Source: Cladosporium halotolerans (taxonomy: Eukaryota). Taken from it: 64,000 nucleotides of DNA. Within the stretch, counting starts at the first letter, position 1. The number at the start of each line of letters is the position of its first letter. The position numbers and the translations under genes were made by a program. This document shows positions 22,688 through 35,400 of this stretch, piece after piece. The notes under the pieces are model-generated. The model had not been told where the DNA came from. It did not search any database and saw only the letters and a list, made by a program, of their open reading frames with translations. The stretch spans positions 310,001 to 374,000 of the forward strand of contig NW_027191452.1 in the NCBI RefSeq assembly GCF_011745625.1. Reading direction: 5' to 3'.

Positions 22688-23493
22688 ACATGCAGCGATT
22701 GAACTCGAAAATGATGATCTGTCCCAGCATGGACACGAGCCCGCGTAAGATGGCCTGGCCGTGGGAAGAGAGGAGATTGCCCACAAGTGCGACCAAGGGA
22801 TACGCGTGCTATTCTTCAAGCAGAAACCCCCTCAGGACAACGCCACAACGGCGCTTCCGCCGCAGTGTACAGTCAGAGCAGCTTGGACAACGCCGCTCTC
22901 AAACCGCCCCGCGAATTGCGGCGAGACACCTTTGCCCAACCGACGATCCAGGAGAACCATGGGGTGATCATGGAAGTCCTGTCTGGTTTCAGGAATTATT
23001 CCAAAAGCCGGTGCTCAATGGCATCATCACGGTATGACGGCGTCGTTTCTGACGAGTTTCCGACGCCGTGTGCTCCGCATGAGGCAGGGTTGTGTACCGC
23101 AAGAAAATTAGGTAGCGACGTCGCGATACTTCAATACAAACGCGAAGACTTGATTCTGGATCACACGCACGCCCATCTTCAATCGGTTATTCTATCACAA
23201 TATATTGATCGGCGCCTATGTAGCGGCCAGTATCTGCGGCAGGCATGCCCTCACATGCGCGTCCAGATTTGCTAAGCGCCAGCTTACGCGCCGGCCCCCA
23301 GGCCCCAAGGCCCAGAAACTGGCATGAGCCTACCGACGCTCGATGTGACAGTGTTACAATTGGTGGGATCTAAAGGCGTTACCTGTGCACATTTTGATAT
23401 ATGTTCGTGCCGGTCTAGGTCAGATTTTTCGTTCTTTCAATACATTCATATCTTCCCGCCGTATTTACGGGGGCCTGGGGGCTCGAAGCAACA

Positions 23494-24850
23494 ATGACAT
23501 TCGCACGTTGTCTGTTCTTTGCCCTAGCACTTTTTTGCACAGATTTAACCAAAGCTGAAAAGATTACCAACGACACTTCGGCGGTATTTGTTTTCAAGTC
23601 ACCATCAACAGATCAATCCTTCATTTTCGCCCTTAATGTCGTCGAAGCAACGGGCGATCTGTACTTCCACCTCGAGGCTCCGGCTGGGCAGGCCTGGGCT
23701 GCAGTCGGCATTGGTTCATCCATGAAAGACTCCCTTATCCTTGCTGCGTACCCGAGTGATAACGGCACGGGGGTGACCGTAAGCCCAAGGATAGCAAGCG
23801 GGCATTCTGAGCCCACATACTCGAAGAGCTTGAACGTGGAGCTACTCTGGCCAGCAGGATTGGATAACAGCAACACCATCAGCAGAGATGGAATGCTGCG
23901 TGCTGACGGACTCTGCCGCAATTGCACCACCTGGTCGTCTGGAGATGGCCTATTAGGCTACGTGAGTTTTAGCGTCCCCTTCATATTCGCTGTTGGCCCG
24001 AGCCAACCTATGCGATCGTCTTCATTGGATGCGTCGATGCGCAGACACGACTTCTATGGCCATTTCACCATGAATGTGACTGCGGCAACCTCAAGAGACG
24101 TGGGCTCGGTGCCACGACCAAACAGTGGGAATGGCACATACGAGAGCCAAGGTGTGAGCGAGGCGAGGAACATGATAGGCGACAATAATACCGCACCAGC
24201 CGCTCACGCCTTGATCATGATCGCTGCTTTTGTTTTCTTATTTCCCTTGGGATCACTTCTCTTGAGGCTTCTCAACAAGGCACTGTGGCACGGTATTGTC
24301 CAGATACTCGCACTGGTCTTTATCCTGGTTGGATTTGGTATTGGCATTCACATCTCCAAGCAGTACAACAAGGTGAGTCGTTTTGTCGTTGGGCCTGTTC
24401 GGTGTTCCCAGCTAACGTAATGACCTTAAGTCTAAGAAATTCACTTCCGCACACCAGCTGATGGGCCTTGTGATCGTCGTTATCCTGCTGTTCCAGCTGG
24501 GCCTCGGAATACTTCACCATCGCATTTGGAAGCAAACCAAGTCTCCTACCAAGTTCTCCAAGATCCACAAATATGTTGGGCCTGCGGTTTTTCTCCTAGG
24601 TCTCATCAACGCAGGCCTTGGCTTCAATCTAGCGGAAAATTCGTCCTACCACTCACGCTACGTAGTAGTAATCCTGACAGTGGCTGTATTCTACTTCGCT
24701 GCCATGGGGATCAAATGGTGGTGGACGAAAAGGCGTGAGGGTCGGAAACAGCAACATTGGGCCGGAAGTGCAGCTTCGGAAAACCGTTACGGTCAGCAAG
24801 AGCCCTATGGACCGGCAGTGCCGTTGAGACCATTACCGAGCCGCTCGTGA
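23494..24850 (+). CDS. DOMON (CDH-cytochrome-like) + cytochrome b561 membrane protein; exons 23494-24372, 24431-24850
   Basis: Signal peptide, WAAVGIGSSM, SPRIASGHSEP, CRNC, RRHD, then transmembrane helices with four His (AHAL, WHG, AHQ, IHK). Confidence 0.88.
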
Positions 24851-25058
24851 AGTGGGGATGCCAGTCACTTGCAACCGACAAAGACAGAGTGAGATCTAGT
24901 TGTTGAAGACAAGAGCGCAATAGCTGTAGACGTTGTAGCACTGGGAATCTGAACCGCAACAATGTCGCAGGACATGAACTATATTGAAGGCTTTAAGAAC
25001 TCGTTGTAACATGATTCGATCTACATGCAGAGATTGATTGCTAATATCACTCTGTACA

Positions 25059-26741
25059 TCACGCCGTACCGTAGGTCTCATGTCCGTGAGGTCGTTGGGT
25101 GTTTTCAACATCCGCTCCAGGAATAAGCGCCTCCCTCGCAGACTCCGCTTCCTCCTCCAGCTTCTCCCTGTGCATCGTGTAACTTTTGCGCCAAACAAAT
25201 CCGACAAGAGCAATACCCACTGCGAGAGCCGCGCACAGCAGTACAACGTTGACAGGAACTGGGTCATTGTTGAATGTCTTGTGTGTAGTCGCATCCAGAC
25301 CCGCTTGAAGGAAATTCAACACGCCCGCCAAGCTGACGACAAGACCGTAGACTTTTCCGAAAGTCGCGAAACCAAAGACCTTGGCAGAGTAGTCAGAGAC
25401 CGCTGTGTAGTACAAGGGACGATAGATAACGAATAGGCAAACGTTGGCGTATGCAGCCCACATCTCGGGAATCACTCCAAGGACACCGATGGCAGTGGCA
25501 ATGGTGACGAGCAAGCCGAGGACGAATGTGGTGCTTGTGTAATCGAGAACCAGCCCGATGAATGGCACCGCTATGACTCCACCCAGAGGCAGAGCGATGT
25601 CAAAGAACTCGTTGATTTCCACGGCGCGAGATGGCGAATGCAGCATTTCCGTGTATTGCGTGCGAATGGTGGCGACAAAGTAGTTGATGCGTAGCATTTG
25701 AATGACAGTAAATGTCGTGATGAGTACGAACCAGGGCGAGGCGATCTGTTGAGCTGCTGTTTTACCGTGCAGAGCGCCGTAAACGCCAGATCTTGCGGCT
25801 TTCTGTTGCTCGGCCTGAGTCTGAGCTTCTCCGTTCTTCGAACCAAGGAGAGCAGTGGCATCAGTGGCGTCACCGTCAAGAGACTGCTGTGTGGTCTCGG
25901 TCGGTGTTGGTTGTTCTGCCTGCTGAGCAATCTCACCAACAGTCTTGTACGATTGGCTCGGCATAATCACCAATTGAGCGATCAAGACCAGGACAGGGAC
26001 CACCAAGTAAACAAGGAAGAACTTCTTCGGGCTGAAAGTGCCGTTTGTCCCTTGATATATCAGTCGATATGCCAGAAACACTGCACTGCTAGTATCGAAA
26101 GCGCCGGTCAACAGAGCCAGGATAAGACCGGACTGCTTGGGGAATGTGTTGCTTAGTTGAAAGGACGGGATAAAGACGAATGGGCCACCGAGTGCGAGAA
26201 AGAGGTAGCCTGGGATGTGTCCATCGAAAGGCAGGTCGCGTGCGAAGGCCATGAGTAGTGCTCCAAGAGCCAAAAAGAAGACTCCCACGAAGCTCGCTAT
26301 TCTGGGTCCGTATCGATCCAGGATAGTTCCCACAGGCAAGGCACACATATTCGTGCTGACCGCTGCGACGGTGAACATCAAGTTCAGTCGCACTTCCTGC
26401 TCGTAACAGACCCATACGCCCTCTTCCAGTTTCTGTTTTGTGCACTTATTCTTGTACACTCCTTCTGCGATTAGTACCGGCTTGAGCGCTGCATATCCGA
26501 AAACGACGCCAGCCCCCAGTAAGCAGTAGAGGACCGCGATAGCAACCTGGATGATTCGAGTGCTTTTGTTGACTTCGATAGCGGCGGCTGGCTCTTCTTG
26601 TGCAACGATAGGTTCCCATTCCGCCACCGGGTTGAACGACATCTTTCGTCGTTGTGAGCCTGTGGGCGATTGGCCCCTCCAGCGATCCTCCATTGAAGGT
26701 CGACGCTCGTACGCCGCCATGTTCGAATTAGCGGTCACCAT
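25059..26741 (-). CDS. MFS transporter, FMP42/SLC43-like
   Basis: About 12 transmembrane segments; GVVFGYAALKPVL, LPVGTILDRYGPR, TGAFDTSSAVF, FGFATFGKVYG. Confidence 0.88.
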   Translation of the reverse strand: MVTANSNMAAYERRPSMEDRWRGQSPTGSQRRKMSFNPVAEWEPIVAQEEPAAAIEVNKSTRIIQVAIAVLYCLLGAGVVFGYAALKPVLIAEGVYKNKCTKQKLEEGVWVCYEQEVRLNLMFTVAAVSTNMCALPVGTILDRYGPRIASFVGVFFLALGALLMAFARDLPFDGHIPGYLFLALGGPFVFIPSFQLSNTFPKQSGLILALLTGAFDTSSAVFLAYRLIYQGTNGTFSPKKFFLVYLVVPVLVLIAQLVIMPSQSYKTVGEIAQQAEQPTPTETTQQSLDGDATDATALLGSKNGEAQTQAEQQKAARSGVYGALHGKTAAQQIASPWFVLITTFTVIQMLRINYFVATIRTQYTEMLHSPSRAVEINEFFDIALPLGGVIAVPFIGLVLDYTSTTFVLGLLVTIATAIGVLGVIPEMWAAYANVCLFVIYRPLYYTAVSDYSAKVFGFATFGKVYGLVVSLAGVLNFLQAGLDATTHKTFNNDPVPVNVVLLCAALAVGIALVGFVWRKSYTMHREKLEEEAESAREALIPGADVENTQRPHGHETYGTA

Positions 26742-27383
26742 CTGTGCGGACGTCTTTGGTGACGGGACCGTTGCTTTAAGTACTGCCCCGCTTGGTAGAA
26801 GCTTTTTGCTTGGAGGCTGGCAGACTGGCGTGACGTGACGCCAGAGGAGTAATCGAAGTCACGCGATCTCCAGCGCACTCCGGGTAAGCTTAATGATGAC
26901 GCCCCGGGACGATAAAATAGCGAGTGAGGAGAATTTGTGTTAACGGCACGGTCTTTGTCCGCGACTTAAATATGCACGAAAGGTTGAAATATGCAAGAAA
27001 AGATCTAGATCCTTTTGAGGAAAGGGCTGGGACCAGAGCTCGGACGCCTTATCTACTCGATACTCAAGATTTACATGGCTTATCGCCTAATGATGTAAAC
27101 GCGCCGGTCCATTGGCTCTCGCATCAGTGATCAGTGACAAGAGATCCAAATCATGTCTATCAGACCAAAGGCTTCATGTAAGGCAAAAAAATGATTGCGG
27201 TCCAGTGCTCCTTGTATTGTCGCACAACGAAGATGCGACGGCAACAGAAGTTGAATCCTGCAGTGCGCACATCCGACGATTGCGCCGAGGCGCTGCTAAG
27301 CGAAAGCCTCGCGCAAAATCTCAACCGCCACCTCGTCAACAAAAATATACAGGGCTAGTCACCGTATGAGTGCAAAAGGATAA

Positions 27384-27482
27384 TGATCAGAGTGGGACTC
27401 GAACCCACGAGGATTGCTCCACTAGCAAGTAGCTTGCAAGGTCTACCTGAAGCTAGCGCCATAACCACTCGGCCATCTGACC
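27384..27482 (-). tRNA. tRNA-Leu(CAG) with an 18-nt intron (27428-27445)
   Basis: Acceptor stem GGTCAGA/TCTGATC with discriminator A; A box TGGCCGAGTGG; anticodon stem CTAGC/GCTAG with TT-CAG-G; variable arm GGA-GCAA-TCC; T arm GTGGG-TTCGAGT-CCCAC; TTTT downstream. Confidence 0.95.
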
Positions 27483-28102
27483 GAATTTGTTATCCAAGGG
27501 GGCTTTAATTGTAAGATGAGGCGAAAATCACGAGGAGTGCGCAGCGGCACGAAATCAACGGCGCATATCTCTTCTGAACGGTCATCGTATCGCAAGGAGA
27601 AAATAGTATTGATATCAACGCGGAATTCATGAATGCTCCAAATAGTGTAGTGGTTGAAAGTGGAACCACTTCAACTTCAACATCAAAGGTCTTCTGGATT
27701 CTGACATGCAGGGTTAGGGTTGGGGTTATCTCATCCTCTGGCCAAAGATCAGATAGACAGTCAAGTATGAACTCTTAGTCTCTATCTTTCTTTGGCTTCG
27801 CTTGCAGGGCGATTGATTGAAATGCCCAAATGCACTTCGTTCGCTTTCAAGTTCAATTGAGTGCGTTGTCTACAAATTTGGTTTTCTTGTGCTTACTCGG
27901 AATTTTGGGACAAAACACGAATACACTACAGTGTAAGTGGGAGATCTCAACTCTACAATCCGGACGTATAATTTGTGATATTGAAGCATTAGATGAAGGC
28001 AAGGTAATAGGCTGCGCTTGTTTCGATCTATGATAAGAGTGAGCCGTGTCAATGAAGGAGCACCCAGGGAGCTCGACGTGAAACTGTTAAGCTGATCAAG
28101 TC

Positions 28103-29380
28103 TCACAACCTAGCCAAAGGTCCGTCTGGCCTAGGAGCCCCTAAACATGCCCTGGTGATATCCCTCACGCTATTGCAGCCAGTCAGTTGCATGCAGCGCT
28201 TGAACTCGTTGTAGAGAATCTGGAGCATGAGCTCTACGCCTTTCTGCCCGTCATACTGAAAGCCTGTTAGCCGCCATTTTCTCAACAGGTCTGACTGCCA
28301 CTCACAGCAAGTCCCCACAAAGTCGGGCGACCAACCCATACACACTCAGCCCCAAGAGCCAAGGCTTTGAAAATGTCAGTACCTGTACGGACACCTCCAT
28401 CCACATGAATCCGGATCCTGCCCGCGGCCACCTCTACACATTCCGGCAAAGCATCTAGAGTGGCAGGTACGCCGTCAAGCTGCCTGCCGCCATGGTTGGA
28501 GACGAGGATTCCATCACAGCCCATCTCGATAGCCTTGAGGGTGTCCTCAGCGGTCAAGATGCCCTTGACCCAGATTTCCATCTTCGTAACTGAGCGCAGC
28601 CAAGGGATGTCGCGTGTCCAGTTGTGGGAGTCGTCGTTAAACGCCAAGAACGTAGAGTCGTGACTGGCACTCCTGATCTTCTCGCTCGTCAGTTCCAACA
28701 TCGGAAAGCCAAATCCTGGAGGCGTGCGGAAGTCATTGCGCCACTCATTGAATCTCATACCCAGCACTGGGGAGTCAGCCGTGAGGAAGATAGCTTTGCA
28801 GCCTCGTTCTTCAGCCTCTCGAATGATACGAAGCTCCAGATTACGGTCCCGCATGGTATACAGCTGCATTGCATGGTTGACGGGGCCCACGGACAAGCCT
28901 GCTTCGCGGATCTGCCCGACCGTGTGGTTGGTGTAGGAGCTGATGCCCATATTCACACCAGCTTTGGCGCATGCTTTCGAAGTCGCCAATTCGCCATCTG
29001 GATGAGCCATTGCTTGCAGACCAGTGGGTGAAACACTCAGCGGAAAAGCGATCCTCTGGCCAAACACCTCCGTTGTGGTGTCACATTTGGAGACATCAAC
29101 TAGGACCCTCGGCCGGACCCGGTACTTGGAGTATGCGACTGAGTTCTCGTTGATAGTGACTTGATCTGTGGATCCGGAATTGTAGAAGTCTAGGCTGTCG
29201 GTCAGCCTGATGGTCTGCACCGCCTCGCTTTATGACCCTAGGCTATTGGTAACACTGGAGATCGGAGATGGCATTACCTCTAGCCTCTGGTGTGAGTCTC
29301 TTCGATCCAGCCTCTTTCAGATCAGCAATGCACAGAATCTTCTCGTTCACTGTTACAGGTACAGGTGCTCCTCCCGACAT
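28103..29380 (-). CDS. FMN-dependent alpha-hydroxy acid oxidase (glycolate-oxidase-like), C-terminal PTS1 -ARL; exons 29380-29278, 29189-28306, 28255-28103
   Basis: RPRVLVDVS, AHPDGE, VKGILT, VSNHGGRQLD, DGGVRTGTDIFKALALGA; two canonical introns. Confidence 0.92.
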
Positions 29381-30186
29381 TTCGAAAAGGCTTGTGATAA
29401 CTAAGCGTCGACGAGATCGTTGATGTGAAGAGGATGCGAGCAGATACTACCATATAGACATGCTGAACGAGATGAGATAGCTGGAGACGACCAGAGGTCT
29501 TGGCTTATGGGTCGATTTGCCCCGCGACACAACCACCTTATCGATGTTGTCTGTAGGGCGTGCCTTTGAGGCGTCATCCACCGCCCTCGCCGATCATCCG
29601 TGACATGCATTAGTATCACCGTGTGGCATCGTGTCGAGGCAATAATTTTAGTTCAAGAAACCTCCCCTCAGTTTCTCGACCGTATGTTCACCGAGGTAAA
29701 GAATGAGGCCTGGCTTCACTTGGCCTGCTTGTTGTTGAGTACCAAGGCAAGTGAGGGGTTCAACGTCGCCCCATCGCAATGGGCGCAAACACCCTGAGCG
29801 AAGCGGGCAGTTTTCGGTCCATTAACAACATCGGCATCCGGCGTAAACGAAAACCGCGAAATGTACTACATCGGGGAGCGAAACTTCCGGGCGGGCCTTG
29901 CAGCATTCATCGGCAGGATCCAGCGCGTTATAACGCGCCCCCAAAAATATCCCTCCCGGACGCCTTGTTCGGAGAAAGCGTGCATATGCCGGTGCTCTAG
30001 CCAATCAAAGCCGGCCAAACTCCGATGATGCGTTTCCTTCGCCCGAAAGGTATTAAACGCGGCTGTCAGCTTTGGCACGCGAGCTGAGACGTGTCTGCTC
30101 GTTTCTCACCCCTCTCATCCTCTCTGCCAATTGCGCAAAAGAAGCCAGTCCTATATCATAGAGATACAGCGACCCAAAGTGCCATC

Positions 30187-30809
30187 ATGTCGTGAGTTTC
30201 AGGGCACGCCAGCCGTCTCTACCCCCTACAAACTAACCCTCAAACAGGAAACCAGTCCACCCCGCAACCGTCCACTTCCCCATCGCCTTCCTCTCGCTCA
30301 GTTACGGCCTCGACATCCTGCACAGCCTTCGTGGCAACCTCCCAAATGCTCTCATCAATGCTCTGCCACCGAGCACCGACCTTACCCGCGCGAGCTACTA
30401 CCTGCTCTCGCTCGGTCTGATCACCGCCATCCCCGCTGTCGTCACTGGCGGCGGCGAGGCGGTCAAGATGTTCTCCAAGCAGGGCATGTACGAGGCCGAC
30501 GGCAAAACCCTTAAGACCAAGTCCAAAGCCACCATTGCTCACGCTGTCACAAACGACCTGGTGCTCGCCGCGAGCACTTATGTGTGGTGGACTCGCCGCC
30601 AGCAGGCCAACGACACACTGGCTGGGAAGCTGGGTGTGGGCAGCTTGAGCACTTCCGAGGCGGCTTACACGCCTCAGGTGTGGCAGGTGATCGTCGAGGT
30701 TCTGGCGTTGGGACTGCTTTTCTTTGGTGCTAGCATCGGCGGCGCGCTTGTCTACAACTACGGTGTCGGATTTGCTCCGGCTAGCAAGAGCGCAAAGAAG
30801 AGTCAGTAG
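30187..30809 (+). CDS. DUF2231-like membrane protein; exons 30187-30191, 30248-30809
   Basis: Spliced start MSKPVHPATVHFPIAFL, HAVTN, GASIGGALVYNYGVG; about four hydrophobic helices. Confidence 0.8.
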
Positions 30810-31316
30810 ATACGCCAATGGGACGCGAATGTTCTCTCTACGTAGTTTGGTAATTCATGATCATGACAACTGCTTGCAATGTTGCCAAAAATAATGCGGC
30901 TCCCAAGTTCACGAACGCAGGGTAAGACTATGCCGAAGGGGAACGGTCGTCAGAATGTCCTCTCATCAGACTTGAGGTGTCAAAGCGAGTAGACGCGACG
31001 AAACATGCAACAGCATACGATTCTCTTTCGATGTATGTTCGCGACAACAGCTCACCCGTTCGTAGCTCGATCCCACAATCGTTGGAGACGGTCGGCCGTG
31101 TGACGTGATGAGTCGGGGCCGAGCTGTAAGTGCCATGGTATCATGTCGTTGCCTGGAGTATCGTAGAATCTCTCACGTAGATTGGTGGCACAGAGTGTCG
31201 AAGCAGGAACGGCCAATTCGCTCTCATTCAGCAGTCCCAGCCCTTGGGCTCAGAACGCAGCTATGAACCCTCCCAAATGCGCCATCCGTGCAACTTTGTC
31301 ATTTAAGAAAGCATTT

Positions 31317-31966
31317 TTAACGACCACCCTTCTGCTTCTTCTCGGCCTCCTTCATGACCTTCTTGACGATCTTCTGCTCCTCGATCAGGAAGGCGCGGAC
31401 GACGCGGTCACGGACGCAGTTGGCGCAGCGGGAGCCACCGTAGGCACGCTGGACGGTCTTCTTGGGGCGGGAGATCTGGGCGTACTCGCGGGGACGGAGG
31501 GCGGGAATCTGTGTTGGTCGTCCATCAATTTCCCGTCCTTTGCCATGCCTTCAAAAGTCCTTAAGATTTGGGGAAAACGTACACCAGGGAGCTTGACACC
31601 GCAGTCACCGCACTTGGGGGAGGTACCCCTCTTCTTGATGTGCAGGTACCTGTGCTCGCCACCGGGGGTCCTGACAACGCGGACCTTGTTGGAGACCGTG
31701 TTGTACCTGATCATGCCGAGTTAGTCTCCGGCTCTTCTTCCTTTTCCACACGCATCCATGCCCATGTCCAGATTTTCGCATGCGATAACAATGTCGTAGT
31801 CCGTAGGTCGAAAAGGTGGAATGTGCGCTCGTCGCGTGCGGTTCGCAGTGGTGGGAAAAAACTTACGGCTGGCGCCTCCTCTGTGAACGAAAAGTCAGCA
31901 CTCCGGTCCAGCAACATTTTCTCACCGTGCGGCGCAACATACGTAGGTGAGTCTGTTTCCAGGCAT
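31317..31966 (-). CDS. RPL34: 60S ribosomal protein L34 (eL34); exons 31966-31943, 31880-31867, 31706-31583, 31508-31317
   Basis: Spliced product [29 protein letters not shown]...[20 protein letters not shown]...[30 protein letters not shown]. Confidence 0.95.
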
Positions 31967-32401
31967 CTCGACGGTATTTCACTGGGCGAGGATGGGTGTT
32001 GATCGGTGGTCGCTGGTCGGGTCGTCGCTGTCGCTTCGAGATCGATGTGGACTGAAATTCGCCTGAGTGCTAGCTTGCCAAGGCACGCTTGAAGCCAGCC
32101 CCGACGGGCATCTGAGCGGGGCGCACGGGAAGCGCCGTGCCGGCCCGCCGCGCTACCTGCAGCAATCGTGAGCGATGTTCTCGCGACTCTTCTGTGAGCG
32201 AGACGCCACAGCTCTGTCCATCACCACCTTGCGCGCGCAGGCCACGGCGCATTACCTCAGCTGTCACGCTCCTCTTCACGAAATCCGCATCAGCTTTTGC
32301 GTGCAGTGGGCCACGCGACAATCCTTACGCACCACTACGCATCTCGCGGACATGCCGTAGGCGTTCATTGAAACACCACGACACGCGCCGATCAGCACAT
32401 A

Positions 32402-35400
32402 ATGTCTGGAATCCCACCACCTCCACCGCCTGGATGGCAACCTCCGCCTCCACCAGGTGCACCTCCGGGGCTTTCGGCTGCCGGTGTGCCACCGCCTCCG
32501 CCTGGATTCAAACCGCCGCCTGCGGACCCGGAATTGGCTAAGAAACAGGAGAAGAAGCAGAAATGGGTGCGCTACCAGCGCCAGCGCTTCGCAGAGAAGA
32601 GACGTGGAGGTTTTGTGGAAACTCAGAAGGCGGACATGCCACCCGAGCATCTGCGAAAGATCGTGAGGGACATTGGAGATGTGTCGCAGAAAAAGTTCAG
32701 CAGCGATAAGAGAAGCTATCTGGGAGCTCTGAAGTTCATGCCGCACGCTGTGCTGAAACTGTTGGAGAACATGCCGATGCCGTGGGAGTCGACGCGCGAG
32801 GTCAAAGTGCTGTACCACGTCAACGGCTGCTTGACACTGGTCAACGAGGTTCCGCGCGTGATTGAGCCCGTGTTCCATGCGCAGTGGGCGACGATGTGGG
32901 TGGCAATGCGACGCGAAAAGAGCGACCGTCGCCACTTCAAACGCATGCGATTCCCGCCCTTCGACGATGAGGAACCGCCTCTCAGCTGGTCCGAAAACAT
33001 TGAAGATGTGGAACCTCTGGAGCCTATTCAGATGGAACTCGATGAGGATGAAGACGGACCGGTCTACGAGTGGTTCTACGATCCTAGGCCTTTGTCGGAT
33101 ACCTCTCACGTCAACGGTCCGAGCTACAAAGAGTGGAACCTCTCTCTGCCGCAGATGGCGACCTTACATCGCCTAAGTGACCCGTTGCTTTCTGACATTG
33201 TGGACAAAAATTACCACCACCTTTTCGACCTGCCTGGTTTCGCCACTGCGAAAGCTTTGAACGTTGCAATCCCCGGTGGACCGAGATTTGAGCCTCTCTA
33301 CAAAGACATTGATCCTAACGACGAGGACTTTGGAGAGTTCAATGCGATCGACCGCATCATTTTCCGTGCACCAATCCGGACAGAATACCGGGTTGCCTTC
33401 CCTTTCTTGTACAACAGCTTGCCCAGAAGTGTGAAGTTGGGCGTCTACTCATACCCCCAGACTGTCTACGTCAAGACAGACGACCCTAATCTGCCGGCTT
33501 TCTATTTCGACCCGGTCATTAACCCCATTTCATCACGTTCAGTAGCACCGAAGAATTTGAGCATTAGCAACGAAGACGAGATTTTTGGCCCCGGAAACAA
33601 CGAGGAGCCAGATGAGGAAGACGGTGGCTTCAGTCTCCCTGAAGAGGTCGAGCCGTTCATGGCGGATGAGGAGCTCTACAATGATGAGACCGCATCGGCT
33701 ATCGCCCTTTGGTGGGCACCATATCCTTTTGACAGGCGATCAGGCAAGATGGTTCGTGCTCAGGATGTGCCTCTTGTTAAGCAGTGGTACCTTGAGCATG
33801 CGCCTGCAGGCCAGCCTGTCAAGGTTCGAGTGTCGTACCAGAAGATGCTGAAGACTTATGTCTTGAACGAGCTGCATAAGAAGCCAGCTAAGGCGCAGAA
33901 CAAGCAAAATCTGTGCCGTAGCTTGAAGAGCACCAAGTTCTTCCAGCAAACTACGATTGACTGGGTCGAAGCCGGCTTGCAGGTATGCAGACAGGGCTTC
34001 AACATGTTGAACCTTTTGATTCATCGCAAGAACCTGACCTATCTGCACTTGGACTACAACTTCAACTTGAAGCCCATTAAGACTCTGACCACCAAAGAGC
34101 GCAAGAAGTCACGTTTCGGTAACGCCTTCCACCTCATGCGCGAGATCTTGCGTTTGACAAAACTCATTGTCGACGCTCAGGTCCAGTATAGGCTGGGCAA
34201 CATCGATGCTTTCCAGCTGGCCGATGGCATTCTTTACGCTTTCAACCACGTGGGTCAGCTCACAGGTATGTACCGTTACAAGTACAAGCTCATGCACCAG
34301 ATCCGTTCGTGCAAGGATCTCAAGCACTTGATCTACTATCGGTTCAACTCTGGTCCCGTCGGCAAAGGTCCTGGCTGTGGTTTCTGGGCCCCTGCCTGGA
34401 GAGTCTGGCTCTTCTTCCTCCGTGGCATCATTCCGCTCCTTGAGCGCTGGCTCGGCAATCTGTTGAGCAGACAGTTTGAGGGCCGTCATAGCAAAGGTGT
34501 CGCGAAGACCGTCACTAAGCAGAGAGTAGAATCTCACTTTGACCTGGAACTCCGCGCTTCCGTTATGGCCGACCTTATGGACATGATGCCCGAGGGTATC
34601 AAGCAGAGCAAGGTCAACACAGTCTTGCAGCATCTGAGTGAAGCTTGGCGTTGCTGGAAGAGTAACATCCCTTGGAAGGTTCCAGGTCTTCCCAAGCCCA
34701 TTGAGGACATCATTCTCCGCTACGTGAAGAGCAAGGCCGACTGGTGGGTCAGCGTGGCTCATTACAACCGCGAGCGCATTCGGAGAGGTGCAACAGTCGA
34801 CAAGACTGTCGCCAAGAAGAACCTTGGTCGCCTGACACGCCTGTGGCTCAAGGCCGAGCAAGAGCGCCAGCACAACTACCTCAAAGATGGTCCTTATGTC
34901 AGCACTGAGGAGGGTGTTGCCATTTTCACGACGGCTGTCCACTGGTTGGAGAGCCGTAAATACCAGCCGATCCCCTTCCCATCTGTGAGCTACAAGCACG
35001 ACACCAAGATTCTCATCCTCGCCCTTGAACGTCTGCGTGAAGCATACAGCGTGAAGGGTCGTCTGAACCAGAGCCAGCGTGAGGAGCTCGCTTTGATTGA
35101 GCAGGCATACGACAGTCCAGGTACCACGCTCGCCAGAATTAAGCGCTTCCTTCTTACCCAACGCGCCTTTAAAGAAGTCGGAATCGACATGAACGACAAT
35201 TACACTTCCATCAACCCTGTCTATGACATTGAGCCAATCGAGAAGATCACCGACGCATACCTTGATCAGTATCTGTGGTACCAGGCTGATCAACGTCGCC
35301 TTTTCCCCGCTTGGATCAAGCCCTCTGATTCCGAAGTCCCTCCGCTGCTCACGTACAAGTGGGCGCAGGGCATCAACAATCTATCGAATGTCTGGTCAGT

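Noticed and set aside
27440..27455. Reading the tRNA as UCA (Sec or opal suppressor)
   Set aside because: The 5-bp CTAGC/GCTAG stem fixes the anticodon as CAG; discriminator A and the variable arm fit Leu.
27711..27728. Telomere-like GGGTTAGGGTTGGGGTTA
   Set aside because: Fewer than two perfect units, in a short intergenic space with no structured context.
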